Assembly: GCA_016777325.1 (NCBI GenBank)
Contig: JADHRQ010000003.1
Location: 20,354-84,353 of the forward strand
Length of the DNA stretch: 64,000 nucleotides
Direction: 5' to 3'
Source: Flavobacteriales bacterium
GTDB taxonomy: Bacteria; Bacteroidota; Bacteroidia; Flavobacteriales; Flavobacteriaceae
How positions within the stretch are numbered: the first letter of the stretch is position 1; each line of letters starts with the position of its first letter. Position numbers and translations under genes: made by a program. Positions 54,228-63,950 of the stretch are shown piece by piece. Under the pieces are notes generated by a model. It saw nothing but the letters and a program-made list of their open reading frames with translations, was not told the DNA's origin and made no database searches.

Positions 54228-57200
54228 TTATTTTTCTTCTAATCGAATATCTAAACCAAGACCTTTAAGTTCATGCATCAATACATTGAATGATTCCGGA
54301 AGGCCAGCTTCAGGGAGATTTTCACCTTTTACAATTGACTCATAAGCTTTAGCTCTACCTATTACATCATCTGATTTAATAGTTAAGATTTCTTGTAGCG
54401 CACTTGATGCTCCATAAGCCTCTAAAGCCCAAACTTCCATTTCACCAAATCTTTGTCCACCAAATTGTGCTTTACCACCAAGTGGTTGTTGAGTTATTAA
54501 ACTATAAGGTCCAATTGATCTAGAGTGCATCTTATCATCAACCATATGTCCTAATTTTAACATGTAAATTATACCAACTGTTGCAGCTTGATCAAATTTT
54601 TCTCCTGTTCCTCCGTCATAAAGGTATGTATGTCCAAACCTTGGAACACCAGCCTCATCAGTAAGCTCATTTATTTCATCTAATGTAGCACCATCAAAAA
54701 TTGGAGTAGAGAATTTTCTACCAAGTTGTTTACCTGCCCAACCAAGAACAGTCTCATAAATCTGACCAAGATTCATCCTAGAAGGAACACCTAAAGGATT
54801 TAAAACAATATCAACAGGGGTTCCGTCCTCTAAGAAAGGCATATCTTCTTGCCTAACAATTCTAGCAACAATTCCTTTATTACCATGTCTACCAGCCATT
54901 TTATCTCCGACTTTTAGCTTTCTTTTCTTTGCAATGTAAACTTTAGCAAGTTTTTTTATACCAGCAGGAAGTTCATCACCAACACTTATAGTGAATTTTT
55001 CCCTTCTAAGTGATCCTTGAATATCATTTTCATGAATTCTATAATTATGAAGAAGTGAAGAAATTAATGAATTTAAATCGTCAGATGTTGTCCAAACTCC
55101 TTTTGTAAGATGAGTATAGTCTTCAACATTAGAAAGCATTTTATTTGAAAATTTCTTGCCTTTTACCAATATTTCATCACCTAGATCATTAAAAACTCCT
55201 TGACAGGTCTTTCCAACAACCACAGATGATAACTTTTCAACTAACTTTAGTCTGTGATCTTCAAGAATTTTCTCGTATCTAGTTTCAAGCAATTCTAAGT
55301 CAACTTTATCTTGAGATCTTCTTCTTTTATCTTTGAGAGATCTAACGAATAATTTTTTATCAATTACAATTCCATTAAGAGATGGAGGAGCTTTAAGAGA
55401 AGCATCTTTAACATCTCCTGCTTTATCTCCAAAGATTGCTTTAAGTAGTTTTTCTTCAGGAGTTGGATCTGATTCTCCTTTTGGAGTTATTTTACCAATA
55501 AGAATATCGCCTGCAGTAACGTCAGCACCTACTCTAATCATACCATTTTCATCTAACTCGCTAGTTGCTTCCTCACTTACATTTGGTATATCATCAGTAA
55601 GCTCTTCTGTTCCAAGTATAGTATCTCTAACATCCAATGAATACTCATCGATATGGATAGAAGTAAATATATCTTCTCTAACTACTTTTTCTGATATTAC
55701 TATTGCATCTTCAAAATTGTAACCTTTCCATGGCATAAATGCTACTTTAAGATTTCTTCCAAGTGCTAATTCACCGTTTTGAGTTGCATAACCTTCACAA
55801 AGAACTTGTCCTTTTATGACTTGGTCTCCTTTATTTACAATGGGTTTTAAGTTTATACATGACCCCTGATTAGTTTTTTGAAACTTAATTAGGTCATAAA
55901 CTTTTGTATCATCATCAAAGCTTAATAATTTCTCTTCACTAGATAATTTATATTTGATGACAATCTTATTTGCATCTACATAATCAACTAACCCGTCTCT
56001 TTCAGCATTAATTAATACTCTAGAATTCGAAGCAACAGATTTCTCTAGACCAGTACCAACTATTGGTGATTCTGGTTTTAAAAGAGGAACGGCTTGACGC
56101 ATCATATTAGAACCCATCAACGCACGGTTAGCATCATCGTGTTCAAGAAAAGGAATCAAAGAAGCAGATATAGAAGCTATTTGATTAGGGGCTACATCTG
56201 TATAATTTATATTATCTGGAGTTACTACAGGGAAATCTGCTTGATCTCTAGCAATTACTTTTTCAGCTTTTATCTTACCAGAACTATCATAATCAATATT
56301 TGCCTGAGCAATTAGATTATTTTCTTCTTCCTCTGCAGATAAATATGTTATATTTTTTAAATCAATTATACCATTTTTAACTTGTCTATAAGGTGTCTCA
56401 ATAAAACCAAGATTATTTACTCTTGCATATACAGAAAGTGAAGAAATAAGACCAATATTTGGACCTTCAGGTGTTTCAATTGGACATAGTCTTCCGTAAT
56501 GTGTATAGTGAACATCTCTTACCTCAAATCCTGCTCTTTCTCTAGATAGACCTCCTGGTCCTAGAGCTGATAAACGTCTTTTATGAGTAATTTCAGCTAA
56601 GGGATTTGTTTGGTCCATAAACTGTGATAGCTGATTTGTTCCAAAAAAAGTATTAATAACAGATGAAAGGGTTTTAGCATTAATCAAATCAATTGGTGTA
56701 AATACTTCGTTATCACGCACGTTCATTCTTTCTCTAATAGTTCTTGCCATTCTAGCAAGACCTACTCCAAATTGAGAGGACAATTGTTCACCCACAGTTC
56801 TAACTCTTCTGTTAGATAAGTGATCGATATCATCAATCTCTGCTTTTGAATTAATTAATTCAATAAGATATTTGATAATAGTAGTTATATCGAGTCTAGT
56901 TAAGGTCCTTTCCTCCATATCAACCTCAAGGTTTAACTTTTTATTCATTCTATATCTACCAACTTCTCCAAGATTATATCTTTGTTCTGAGAAGAATAAT
57001 TTATCTATAATACCTCTTGCAGTTTCCTCATCTGGTGGTTCAGCATTTCTTAATTGTCTATAGATAAACTCTACAGCTTCTTTTTCAGTATTAGTCTGAT
57101 CTTTCTGAAGTGTATTGTATATGATTGCATAGTCAGAGTTCTCTGCGTCTTCTTTGTGAATTAAAATTGTTTTAACGTCAGCATCAAGAATTTGTTCAAT

Positions 57201-58037
57201 ATGATCTTTTTCAATAACTGTATCTCTATCAATTATTATTTCATTTCTTTCAATTGAGATAACCTCACCAGTGTCTTCGTCTACAAAGTCTTCATGCCAT
57301 GTTCTTAGAACCCTAGCAGCTAACTTCCTGTTAAGAGCCTTCTTAAGCCCAGCTTTTGTGACCTTAATATCTTCAGCTAAATCAAAAATCTCAAGAATTT
57401 CTTTATCACCTTGATATCCAATTGCTCTAAATAGGGTTGTAACTGGCAATTTTTTCTTTCTGTCAATGTAAGCATACATGACATTATTTATATCAGTAGC
57501 AAATTCAATCCATGAGCCCTTAAAAGGAATTACTCTTGCTGAGTATAGCTTTGTTCCATTAGCATGAAAAGATTGACCAAAAAATACTCCAGGAGATCTA
57601 TGAAGTTGAGAAACAACAACTCTTTCAGCTCCATTAATTATAAAAGTACCACTTGGAGTCATGTAAGGAATAGACCCTAAAAAAACATCCTGAACAATTG
57701 TTTCGAAATCTTCATGTTCTGCATCAGTACAGAAAAGTTTTAATCTTGCTTTAAGAGGTACAGAAAAACTAAGACCACGTTGGATACACTCTTGCATTGA
57801 GTACCTTGGTGGATCAACGAAATAGTCTATAAATTCTAAAACAAACTGATTCCTAGCATCAGTAATAGGAAAGTTTTCTTTAAAGGTGTTAAACAAACCT
57901 TCTTCAACCCTCTCATCTGACTTAGTTTCGAGTTGGAAGAAATCTTGAAATGATTTGATTTGAATATCTAAAAAATCAGTTTCAACGTTTGCAGTTTTAG
58001 TATTAGAAAAATTTGTTCTCAATTTGTTATTAGTCAT
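54228..58037 (-). CDS. rpoB: DNA-directed RNA polymerase beta subunit
   Basis: 1269 aa; [13 protein letters not shown] and the [25 protein letters not shown] (rifampicin region) motif. Confidence 0.99.
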   Translation of the reverse strand: MTNNKLRTNFSNTKTANVETDFLDIQIKSFQDFFQLETKSDERVEEGLFNTFKENFPITDARNQFVLEFIDYFVDPPRYSMQECIQRGLSFSVPLKARLKLFCTDAEHEDFETIVQDVFLGSIPYMTPSGTFIINGAERVVVSQLHRSPGVFFGQSFHANGTKLYSARVIPFKGSWIEFATDINNVMYAYIDRKKKLPVTTLFRAIGYQGDKEILEIFDLAEDIKVTKAGLKKALNRKLAARVLRTWHEDFVDEDTGEVISIERNEIIIDRDTVIEKDHIEQILDADVKTILIHKEDAENSDYAIIYNTLQKDQTNTEKEAVEFIYRQLRNAEPPDEETARGIIDKLFFSEQRYNLGEVGRYRMNKKLNLEVDMEERTLTRLDITTIIKYLIELINSKAEIDDIDHLSNRRVRTVGEQLSSQFGVGLARMARTIRERMNVRDNEVFTPIDLINAKTLSSVINTFFGTNQLSQFMDQTNPLAEITHKRRLSALGPGGLSRERAGFEVRDVHYTHYGRLCPIETPEGPNIGLISSLSVYARVNNLGFIETPYRQVKNGIIDLKNITYLSAEEEENNLIAQANIDYDSSGKIKAEKVIARDQADFPVVTPDNINYTDVAPNQIASISASLIPFLEHDDANRALMGSNMMRQAVPLLKPESPIVGTGLEKSVASNSRVLINAERDGLVDYVDANKIVIKYKLSSEEKLLSFDDDTKVYDLIKFQKTNQGSCINLKPIVNKGDQVIKGQVLCEGYATQNGELALGRNLKVAFMPWKGYNFEDAIVISEKVVREDIFTSIHIDEYSLDVRDTILGTEELTDDIPNVSEEATSELDENGMIRVGADVTAGDILIGKITPKGESDPTPEEKLLKAIFGDKAGDVKDASLKAPPSLNGIVIDKKLFVRSLKDKRRRSQDKVDLELLETRYEKILEDHRLKLVEKLSSVVVGKTCQGVFNDLGDEILVKGKKFSNKMLSNVEDYTHLTKGVWTTSDDLNSLISSLLHNYRIHENDIQGSLRREKFTISVGDELPAGIKKLAKVYIAKKRKLKVGDKMAGRHGNKGIVARIVRQEDMPFLEDGTPVDIVLNPLGVPSRMNLGQIYETVLGWAGKQLGRKFSTPIFDGATLDEINELTDEAGVPRFGHTYLYDGGTGEKFDQAATVGIIYMLKLGHMVDDKMHSRSIGPYSLITQQPLGGKAQFGGQRFGEMEVWALEAYGASSALQEILTIKSDDVIGRAKAYESIVKGENLPEAGLPESFNVLMHELKGLGLDIRLEEK

Positions 58038-58064
58038 ATTTTAGAGTTTAATTCAAACAAGCAT

Positions 58065-58092
58065 AGGCCTTTAGATATAATTCTAAAAGCCT
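58065..58092 (-). terminator. Hairpin in the rplL-rpoB spacer (possible attenuator or processing site)
   Basis: aggcctttag-atataatt-ctaaaagcct is a 10-bp stem with one mismatch. On the minus strand it is followed by ATGCTTGTTTGAATT, which is U-rich but not a clean U-tract. Confidence 0.3.
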
Positions 58093-58113
58093 AAAAAACG
58101 AAGTTATTTAAAC

Positions 58114-58494
58114 TTACTTAAGTTCAACCTCAGCTCCAGCTTCTTCAAGTGATTTCTTTAGTCCTTCAGCATCGTCTTTTGATACTGCTTCTTTAATTGA
58201 ACTTGGAGCGTTATCAACTAGATCTTTAGCTTCTTTAAGCCCTAATCCAGTTAACTCCTTGACCAATTTAACCACTGCAAGTTTTGAGCCACCAGCTGAT
58301 TTTAAAACAACATCAAATTCTGATTTTGCTTCAGCTGCGTCTTCTCCACCAGCACCAGGACCCGCTGCTACCGCTACTGCTGCTGCTGCTGCAGGTTCGA
58401 TACCATATTCATCTTTAAGAATATCAGCAAGTTCGTTAACTTCTTTAACTGTTAAACCAACTAACTGTTCTGCGACTTTTTTTAGATCTGCCAT
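58114..58494 (-). CDS. rplL: 50S ribosomal protein L7/L12
   Basis: 126 aa; Ala-rich hinge and the C-terminal domain [19 protein letters not shown]...GAEVELK. Confidence 0.98.
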   Translation of the reverse strand: MADLKKVAEQLVGLTVKEVNELADILKDEYGIEPAAAAAVAVAAGPGAGGEDAAEAKSEFDVVLKSAGGSKLAVVKLVKELTGLGLKEAKDLVDNAPSSIKEAVSKDDAEGLKKSLEEAGAEVELK

Positions 58495-58538
58495 TATTAG
58501 AGTTTTTAATTATTAATTATTATTATTTACTTAACTTT

Positions 58539-59195
58539 TTATTTAGATTCATCTTTAGACTCATCTTCAGAGGTTTGCTCCTCTGGATTATCATTTTCTT
58601 CCGCTTTTACTTCTTCTGCAACTGGCTCTTCAGCTTTTGCTTCTTCTGCAACTGGCTCTTCAGCTTTTGCTTCTTCAACAGGTTTTTCACTTAAAGTTTT
58701 AACTAAACCAGCGATTTTTGCTGAACTTGACTTAAGAGCGGAAATAACATTTTTAGTTGGTGATTGAAGAAGAGAAATAATTTCACCTATAACTTCTTCT
58801 TTGGATTTCAAGTTGAATAATGCTTCAATATGCTCATCGCCTATATAAATAGCCTCGTCAATAAATGCACCTTTTAGAATCGGTTTATCACCGTCTTTTC
58901 TGAACTTTTTGATAACCTTAGCTGGACTATTTCCTATAGATGATAACATTATAGTAGTGTTACCTTTTAACAAATCTTTTAGTTCACCAAAATCACTATC
59001 TGATTCAGACATTGCTCTTTCAAGAAATGTATTCTTTACAACTGAAAGTTTAACATTAGAGTTAAAACATTCTCTTCTAAGTTTACTTGTTTGAACAGCA
59101 TTAAGACCGGCAATATCAGTCAAGTATATTGACTTATAATCAGCAAGTTGACCTTTCAGCTCTTCTACAGCTTGAACTTTTTCTTCTTTATTCAT
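58539..59195 (-). CDS. rplJ: 50S ribosomal protein L10 with a ~46-aa acidic C-terminal extension
   Basis: It sits between rplA and rplL. The first ~172 aa have the L10 layout. The tail is PVEEAKAEEPVAEEAKAEEPVAEEVKAEENDNPEEQTSEDESKDESK. Confidence 0.95.
   Translation of the reverse strand: MNKEEKVQAVEELKGQLADYKSIYLTDIAGLNAVQTSKLRRECFNSNVKLSVVKNTFLERAMSESDSDFGELKDLLKGNTTIMLSSIGNSPAKVIKKFRKDGDKPILKGAFIDEAIYIGDEHIEALFNLKSKEEVIGEIISLLQSPTKNVISALKSSSAKIAGLVKTLSEKPVEEAKAEEPVAEEAKAEEPVAEEVKAEENDNPEEQTSEDESKDESK
58597..58682 (-). repeat. In-frame 30-bp tandem repeat (2 perfect copies plus degenerate flanks)
   Basis: ttcttctgcaactggctcttcagcttttgc at 58611-58640 is identical to 58641-58670. This is the same module as in the DUF4295 gene (27 of 30 nt identical in register). 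Confidence 0.9.
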
Positions 59196-59203
59196 CTTGA
59201 GTA

Positions 59204-59893
59204 TTATTCAAATTTTGATTCAATTGCAATGCCAGGACTCATTGTGCTTGACATTGAAATACTTTTTATATATACACCTTTTGCTCCTGATGGCTTAAGT
59301 TTTACAATAGTGTTAATAAGCTCATTTGCATTATCTTTAATCTTGTCAGCAGTAAAAGACACTTTACCAACTGAAGCATGAATTATTCCTGTTTTATCAA
59401 CTTTAAAGTCAATTTTTCCACCTTTAATTTCAGTAACAGCTTTTGCTATATCCATAGTAACAGTTCCCGTTTTTGGATTTGGCATTAAACCTCTTGGACC
59501 TAAAACCTTACCTAAAGGACCTAATTTACCCATGACACTAGGCATAGTAACTATTACATCTACATCAACCCAACCTTTTTTAATTTTCTCAATGTATTCA
59601 TCAAGACCAACTAAATCTGCACCTGCTTTTATTGCTTCATCTTCTTTATCAGGAGTAACCAAAGCAAGTAATTTTAATGTCTTACCTGTACCATGAGGAA
59701 GAGAGACAACACCTCTAACCATTTCATTTGCTTTTTTAGGATCTACACCTAATCTTATGGCCAAATCCACTGATGAGTCAAACTTTGTTGTTGTAATTTC
59801 TTTTACAAGAGATGAAGCCTCTTCTAGGCTGTAAGACTTATCTGAGTCTACCTTTTCAATTGAAATTTTTCTATTCTTAGTTAGTTTTCCCAT
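59204..59893 (-). CDS. rplA: 50S ribosomal protein L1
   Basis: 229 aa; SLPHGTGK and the [15 protein letters not shown] motif. Confidence 0.98.
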   Translation of the reverse strand: MGKLTKNRKISIEKVDSDKSYSLEEASSLVKEITTTKFDSSVDLAIRLGVDPKKANEMVRGVVSLPHGTGKTLKLLALVTPDKEDEAIKAGADLVGLDEYIEKIKKGWVDVDVIVTMPSVMGKLGPLGKVLGPRGLMPNPKTGTVTMDIAKAVTEIKGGKIDFKVDKTGIIHASVGKVSFTADKIKDNANELINTIVKLKPSGAKGVYIKSISMSSTMSPGIAIESKFE

Positions 59894-59895
59894 AA

Positions 59896-60339
59896 TTATT
59901 TAGCTGGTGGAGTACCTCCATTTACTTTAATTCCCATAGACCTTGCAGTACCTGCTACCATTTTCATTGCAGAATCCACAGTGAAAGCATTAAGATCTAC
60001 CATTTTATCTTCTGCAATTTTTTTAACCTGATCCCAAGAAACAGATGCTACTTTCTCTCTATTTGGCACTCCAGACCCCTTTTTCTTTTTTGTTGCTTCA
60101 AGAAGTTGAATAGCTGCAGGAGGAGTTTTTATAATAAAATCAAAACTTTTATCTTTAAAAACACTTACAACAACAGGAAGAATTTTTCCTGGTTTATCTT
60201 GACTTCTAGAGTTAAATTGCTTACAAAATTCCATTATATTAACACCTGCAGCACCAAGAGCTGGTCCTACTGGTGGAGAGGGATTTGCAGCACCTCCCCT
60301 AATTTGTAATTTTAATACTTTGTCTATTACCTTTGCCAT
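59896..60339 (-). CDS. rplK: 50S ribosomal protein L11
   Basis: 147 aa; [29 protein letters not shown]. Confidence 0.98.
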   Translation of the reverse strand: MAKVIDKVLKLQIRGGAANPSPPVGPALGAAGVNIMEFCKQFNSRSQDKPGKILPVVVSVFKDKSFDFIIKTPPAAIQLLEATKKKKGSGVPNREKVASVSWDQVKKIAEDKMVDLNAFTVDSAMKMVAGTARSMGIKVNGGTPPAK

Positions 60340-60341
60340 AA

Positions 60342-60890
60342 TTATATTTTTTCAACCTGCATGTAACTTAATTCTAGTGGAGTTTTTCTACCAAAAATCT
60401 TAACCATTACTTCAAGTTTTCTTTTTTCTTCGTTTACATTGTCAATAGTTCCTGTGAAACCATTGAAAGGACCATCAATAACTTTTACATTTTCACCAAT
60501 AGAAAATGGAATATTTATTTGCTCTCCAGAAATAGCTAATTCGTCTACTTTACCTAACATTCTATTTACCTCTGCCTGTCTTAATGGTATTGGTTCACCA
60601 CCTTTAGTTTCCCCTAGGAAACCAAGAACATTAGAAACAGATTTAATAACATGTAAAATTTCTCCAGATATATCAGCCTTCATCATTATGTAACCTGGAA
60701 AATAAGTTTTCTCTTTAGAAATCTTTTTTCCTTTTCTTATTTGAACTACTTTTTCAGTAGGCACGAGCATCTCTTCAATTTGTTTATCAAGAGAGAATCT
60801 AGAGAGTTCATAATCAATGTAGTCTTTAATTTTGACCTCTTGACCAGTCACTACTCTTATTACATACCATTTTTTTTCTGCGACTTCCAC
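60342..60890 (-). CDS. nusG: Transcription termination/antitermination factor NusG
   Basis: 182 aa; NGN domain [12 protein letters not shown] and KOW motif [15 protein letters not shown]. Confidence 0.97.
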   Translation of the reverse strand: MEVAEKKWYVIRVVTGQEVKIKDYIDYELSRFSLDKQIEEMLVPTEKVVQIRKGKKISKEKTYFPGYIMMKADISGEILHVIKSVSNVLGFLGETKGGEPIPLRQAEVNRMLGKVDELAISGEQINIPFSIGENVKVIDGPFNGFTGTIDNVNEEKRKLEVMVKIFGRKTPLELSYMQVEKI

Positions 60891-60893
60891 AAT

Positions 60894-61088
60894 CTATCCT
60901 ATTAAATTGAAATAAAATTTAACTACTCTAGAGAGAATTGAATCAGCACCCCATATAACTAATGAGAAGATCACCGAAAAGACTATCACCAAAGCAGATA
61001 GATTTAACAACTCTGAACGGGGTGTCCATTTGACATTATCCCTCAGTTCTGTTACAGATTCTTTAATAAAGTTAATAATCGACATCAT
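60894..61088 (-). CDS. secE: Preprotein translocase subunit SecE
   Basis: Single-TM 64-aa protein between tRNA-Trp and nusG. I start at the MMSIINF Met (ATG 61088) because the longer track ORF (to 61130) runs into the tRNA gene. Confidence 0.85.
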   Translation of the reverse strand: MMSIINFIKESVTELRDNVKWTPRSELLNLSALVIVFSVIFSLVIWGADSILSRVVKFYFNLIG

Positions 61089-61100
61089 ATTTTTTTTGTG

Positions 61101-61173
61101 CACGGGTTGAGAGACTCGAACTCCCGACACCTGGTTTTGGAGACCAGTGCTCTACCAACTGAGCTAAACCCGT
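61101..61173 (-). tRNA. trnW: tRNA-Trp (anticodon CCA)
   Basis: I folded the minus-strand sequence ACGGGTT-TA-GCTC-AGTTGGTA-GAGC-A-CTGGT-CTCCAAA-ACCAG-GTGTC-GGGAG-TTCGAGT-CTCTC-AACCCGT-G by hand. It has a perfect 7-bp acceptor, a 5-bp anticodon stem with loop CU-CCA-AA, a TTCGAGT T-loop, and no encoded 3' CCA. Confidence 0.9.
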
Positions 61174-61239
61174 TTATATTTTACACAAGGTATCAAGCTT
61201 AACGCAAGACACCCTTAGAGTTAATTAAACTTTGTTTTA

Positions 61240-62427
61240 CTAGTCTAAAAGTTCAGTTACCTGACCTGCACCGACGGTTCTACCACCTTCACGAATTGCA
61301 AATCTTAAACCAACATTTAGAGCAATAGGTGATATTAACTCAACTTCAATTGTTAAGTTATCACCAGGCATCACCATTTCTACACCACTTGGAAGCACAA
61401 TATTACCTGTAACATCTGTAGTTCTAACATAGAACTGAGGGCGATAATTGTTGTGAAATGGAGTATGACGACCACCTTCTTCTTTTTTCAAGATATAAAC
61501 CTCTGCCTTAAATTTAGCATGAGGAGTTACAGAGCCTGGCTTACAAATAACCATACCTCTTGTTATATCAGTTTTTTCAATACCTCTTAAAAGGATACCA
61601 GCGTTATCACCTGCTTCACCTTTATCAAGAATTTTTCTAAACATTTCAATACCTGTTATTGTAGATTTAAGCTTTTCAGCTCCCATCCCAATAATATCAA
61701 CTTCATCACCTGAGTTTGCAATACCAGTTTCAATTCTACCAGTTGCAACAGTACCTCTACCAGTTATTGAGAATACATCCTCAACAGGCATAAGAAAGTC
61801 TTTATCAACTTCTCTTTTTGGAAGTTCAATGTAACTATCTACTTCTTCCATTAACTTTATTACACTGTCTACCCATTTTTGTTCACCATTAAGAGCACCA
61901 AGTGCAGAACCAAGAACAACTGGAGTATTATCTCCATCATAATCATAGAAAGAAAGAAGATCTCTAACTTCCATTTCAACTAGTTCAAGAAGCTCAGCAT
62001 CATCTACCATATCAGCTTTATTTAAAAAAGCAACAATTCTTGGTATACCTACCTGTCTTCCTAATAATATGTGCTCTCTTGTTTGAGGCATTGGTCCATC
62101 AGTTGCAGCAACAACCAATATAGCACCATCCATTTGAGCAGCACCAGTAACCATGTTTTTTACATAATCAGCGTGACCAGGACAATCTACGTGAGCGTAG
62201 TGACGGTTAGCTGTTTGATATTCAACATGAGATGTGTTAATTGTAATACCACGTTCTTTTTCTTCAGGTGCATTATCAATTGAGTCAAAGCTCCTAGCTT
62301 CTGAGAATCCAGCGTCTGCTAGTACTTTAGTAATTGCAGCTGTAAGAGTAGTTTTTCCGTGGTCAACGTGACCGATTGTACCTATGTTTAGGTGAGGTTT
62401 CGATCTATCAAAATTTTCTTTAGCCAT
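61240..62427 (-). CDS. tuf: Elongation factor Tu
   Basis: [28 protein letters not shown] and DCPGHADY. I start at Met13 of the track ORF (ATG 62427), giving 395 aa. Confidence 0.98.
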   Translation of the reverse strand: MAKENFDRSKPHLNIGTIGHVDHGKTTLTAAITKVLADAGFSEARSFDSIDNAPEEKERGITINTSHVEYQTANRHYAHVDCPGHADYVKNMVTGAAQMDGAILVVAATDGPMPQTREHILLGRQVGIPRIVAFLNKADMVDDAELLELVEMEVRDLLSFYDYDGDNTPVVLGSALGALNGEQKWVDSVIKLMEEVDSYIELPKREVDKDFLMPVEDVFSITGRGTVATGRIETGIANSGDEVDIIGMGAEKLKSTITGIEMFRKILDKGEAGDNAGILLRGIEKTDITRGMVICKPGSVTPHAKFKAEVYILKKEEGGRHTPFHNNYRPQFYVRTTDVTGNIVLPSGVEMVMPGDNLTIEVELISPIALNVGLRFAIREGGRTVGAGQVTELLD

Positions 62428-62460
62428 AACAGTATTTTTTTCTTGTTTTTTTACGAGCTG

Positions 62461-62468
62461 CAAATTTA
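62461..62468 (-). promoter_or_regulatory. Candidate -7 box (TAAATTTGCA) for tuf
   Basis: The minus strand reads TAAATTTG-CAGCTCG..., 33 nt before the tuf ATG. The decamer is the same as upstream of rpsL and the E2 gene. Confidence 0.5.
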
Positions 62469-62564
62469 TAATTTTTTTCTTATAAAATAAGCGATTTGTA
62501 TTTTTTTTTTAACAGTTTAGAAATAAATATAATTTTTACTAAGTTTATAAGTAAATACAATACT

Positions 62565-63566
62565 TTGAAAAGAAGAAAGTTTATCAATAATATTTTTATT
62601 TCGTCTCTTGGATTAGGCTCAATTAGTCTGACAAATCCATATATAAATTTGCCTGATTTTCCATACAAATTGTCCCTAGCTCAATTTTCACTTTTTCGTC
62701 TTGAAATGATGAGACAATCCGATCCAATGGACTTTGCAAAAATTGCTTCAGAGCTAGGCTTTCAAGGTCTAGAATATCTACAGATGTCATATACTGGAGG
62801 GCTTTTAAGAGAAAAGAAAAAAACTTCATTAAGTGGAATAAAAAAACTAGCAAAAGATTTAAATACTAGGGCTAAAGATTATAATCAAAAAAATATTTTA
62901 ATAATGATCGATATTGGACCTGATCTTGGAACTTATGTGGAAAATTATGATGATTATCATAAATGGATTGATTGTGCTAGTGAAATGGAATGTCATTCAG
63001 TAAGAGTTAATTTAAGAGGCTCAGATGATAATCTCTCTGAATGGTCAAAAAACTCGATTAATAATTTAAATAAGCTTTGTGAATATGCAAAACCTTTAGG
63101 AATAAACATTTTAGTTGAAAATCACGGAGAATTTTCTTCCAATGCTGATTATTTAGTTAATGTTATTGAGAATGTTAACTATAACAACATAGGAACTCTT
63201 CCAGATTTTGGAAACTTTTGTGTAAAGCATGATGAAAAAAAATTAGCTGATACATATAAGTTCTTTACTCAAGGGGCTGAAAAGACTTCAGATAGGCCTC
63301 CAACTCTATACGATTCATGTGTAAAAAGATTTGATATGTATGACGGTGTTGAAAAACTTATGAAGTATGCTAAAGGTGTAAGTGCAAAAACTCATGGTTT
63401 TGATTCTAGTGGTAATGATGTGGATATAGACTATAAAAGAATGCTTCAAATTGTAAAAAATTCTGGTTATAAAGGTTTTATTGGAGTTGAAGCTCAAGCT
63501 TTTACAATGGATCCAATTGAAGCAATAGAAGCATCAAAAAAATTATTACTAAATTCATATAGCTAA
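62565..63566 (+). CDS. Tat-exported xylose-isomerase-like TIM-barrel protein (sugar phosphate isomerase/epimerase family)
   Basis: The track ORF begins at ATG 62496, but the in-frame TTG at 62565 gives (M)KRRKFINNIFISSLGLGSISL, a classic twin-arginine signal. The body has the AP-endonuclease-2/xylose-isomerase-like pattern (VRVNL..., ILVENHGEFS, GFIGVEAQ). Confidence 0.65.
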   Translation: MKRRKFINNIFISSLGLGSISLTNPYINLPDFPYKLSLAQFSLFRLEMMRQSDPMDFAKIASELGFQGLEYLQMSYTGGLLREKKKTSLSGIKKLAKDLNTRAKDYNQKNILIMIDIGPDLGTYVENYDDYHKWIDCASEMECHSVRVNLRGSDDNLSEWSKNSINNLNKLCEYAKPLGINILVENHGEFSSNADYLVNVIENVNYNNIGTLPDFGNFCVKHDEKKLADTYKFFTQGAEKTSDRPPTLYDSCVKRFDMYDGVEKLMKYAKGVSAKTHGFDSSGNDVDIDYKRMLQIVKNSGYKGFIGVEAQAFTMDPIEAIEASKKLLLNSYS

Positions 63567-63575
63567 AAAAAGGAA

Positions 63576-63950
63576 ATGAAAATATTATCAAAAATTTTAT
63601 CAGTAGTTGTTGGATTAACAGTAATTAATGTTTGGCTCTTTAGGTCTAACAGATCAACCTCCTACAGAGGTGGTGATGCCTCAAGTCTTCTAGAAGAATT
63701 TCAAGTTTATGGACTGGACGATTATTTCTTAATTATTGGAATTGTAAAAGTTTCACTTGCAATTATGCTACTATTAAGTTTATATTTTAAAAAATTAAGC
63801 TTTTTTGCTTCATCAGGAATTGCAGTTATGATGCTTGTTGCAGTTTACATGCATATTAATGTTGGAGATGAGCTTATAAAATCTATGCCTGCATCAGTAA
63901 TGCTTACAAGTTGCTTAATAATAGCTTACTCCGCAAATAAGAATAAATAA
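63576..63950 (+). CDS. Small integral membrane protein, DoxX-like
   Basis: 124 aa with four hydrophobic segments. The size and topology resemble the DoxX-like family. The functional call is weak. Confidence 0.45.
   Translation: MKILSKILSVVVGLTVINVWLFRSNRSTSYRGGDASSLLEEFQVYGLDDYFLIIGIVKVSLAIMLLLSLYFKKLSFFASSGIAVMMLVAVYMHINVGDELIKSMPASVMLTSCLIIAYSANKNK

Noticed and set aside
5182-60693. Many 60-157-aa track ORFs lying antisense to, or out of frame within, conserved genes. Examples: 5182-5370, 12266-12496, 13610-13834, 14892-15074, 15982-16233, 18679-19032, 19806-20060, 20547-20831, 22908-23111, 23833-24045, 24763-24954, 25170-25415, 29542-29769, 31046-31237, 34650-36089, 37681-38046, 40725-41198, 41799-41987, 50647-51776, 53915-54127, 55333-57063, 58259-58516, 58909-59381, 60106-60693, 62071-62283, 62480-62853 and 63315-63497.
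   Set aside because: Each is fully embedded in a gene with unmistakable conserved motifs on the other frame or strand. Their products are low-complexity (Ser/Ile/Phe/Leu-rich) with no recognisable motifs. The longest (40725-41198 and 55333-55722) mirror Glu/Asp/Lys-rich stretches of the real proteins.
61174-61239. Searched the tuf to tRNA-Trp spacer, and the 62428-62564 region, for additional tRNA or small RNA genes
   Set aside because: No acceptor-stem or T-loop pattern (GTTCRANYC) and no G/C-rich helices were found. The sequences are plain A/T-rich spacer.
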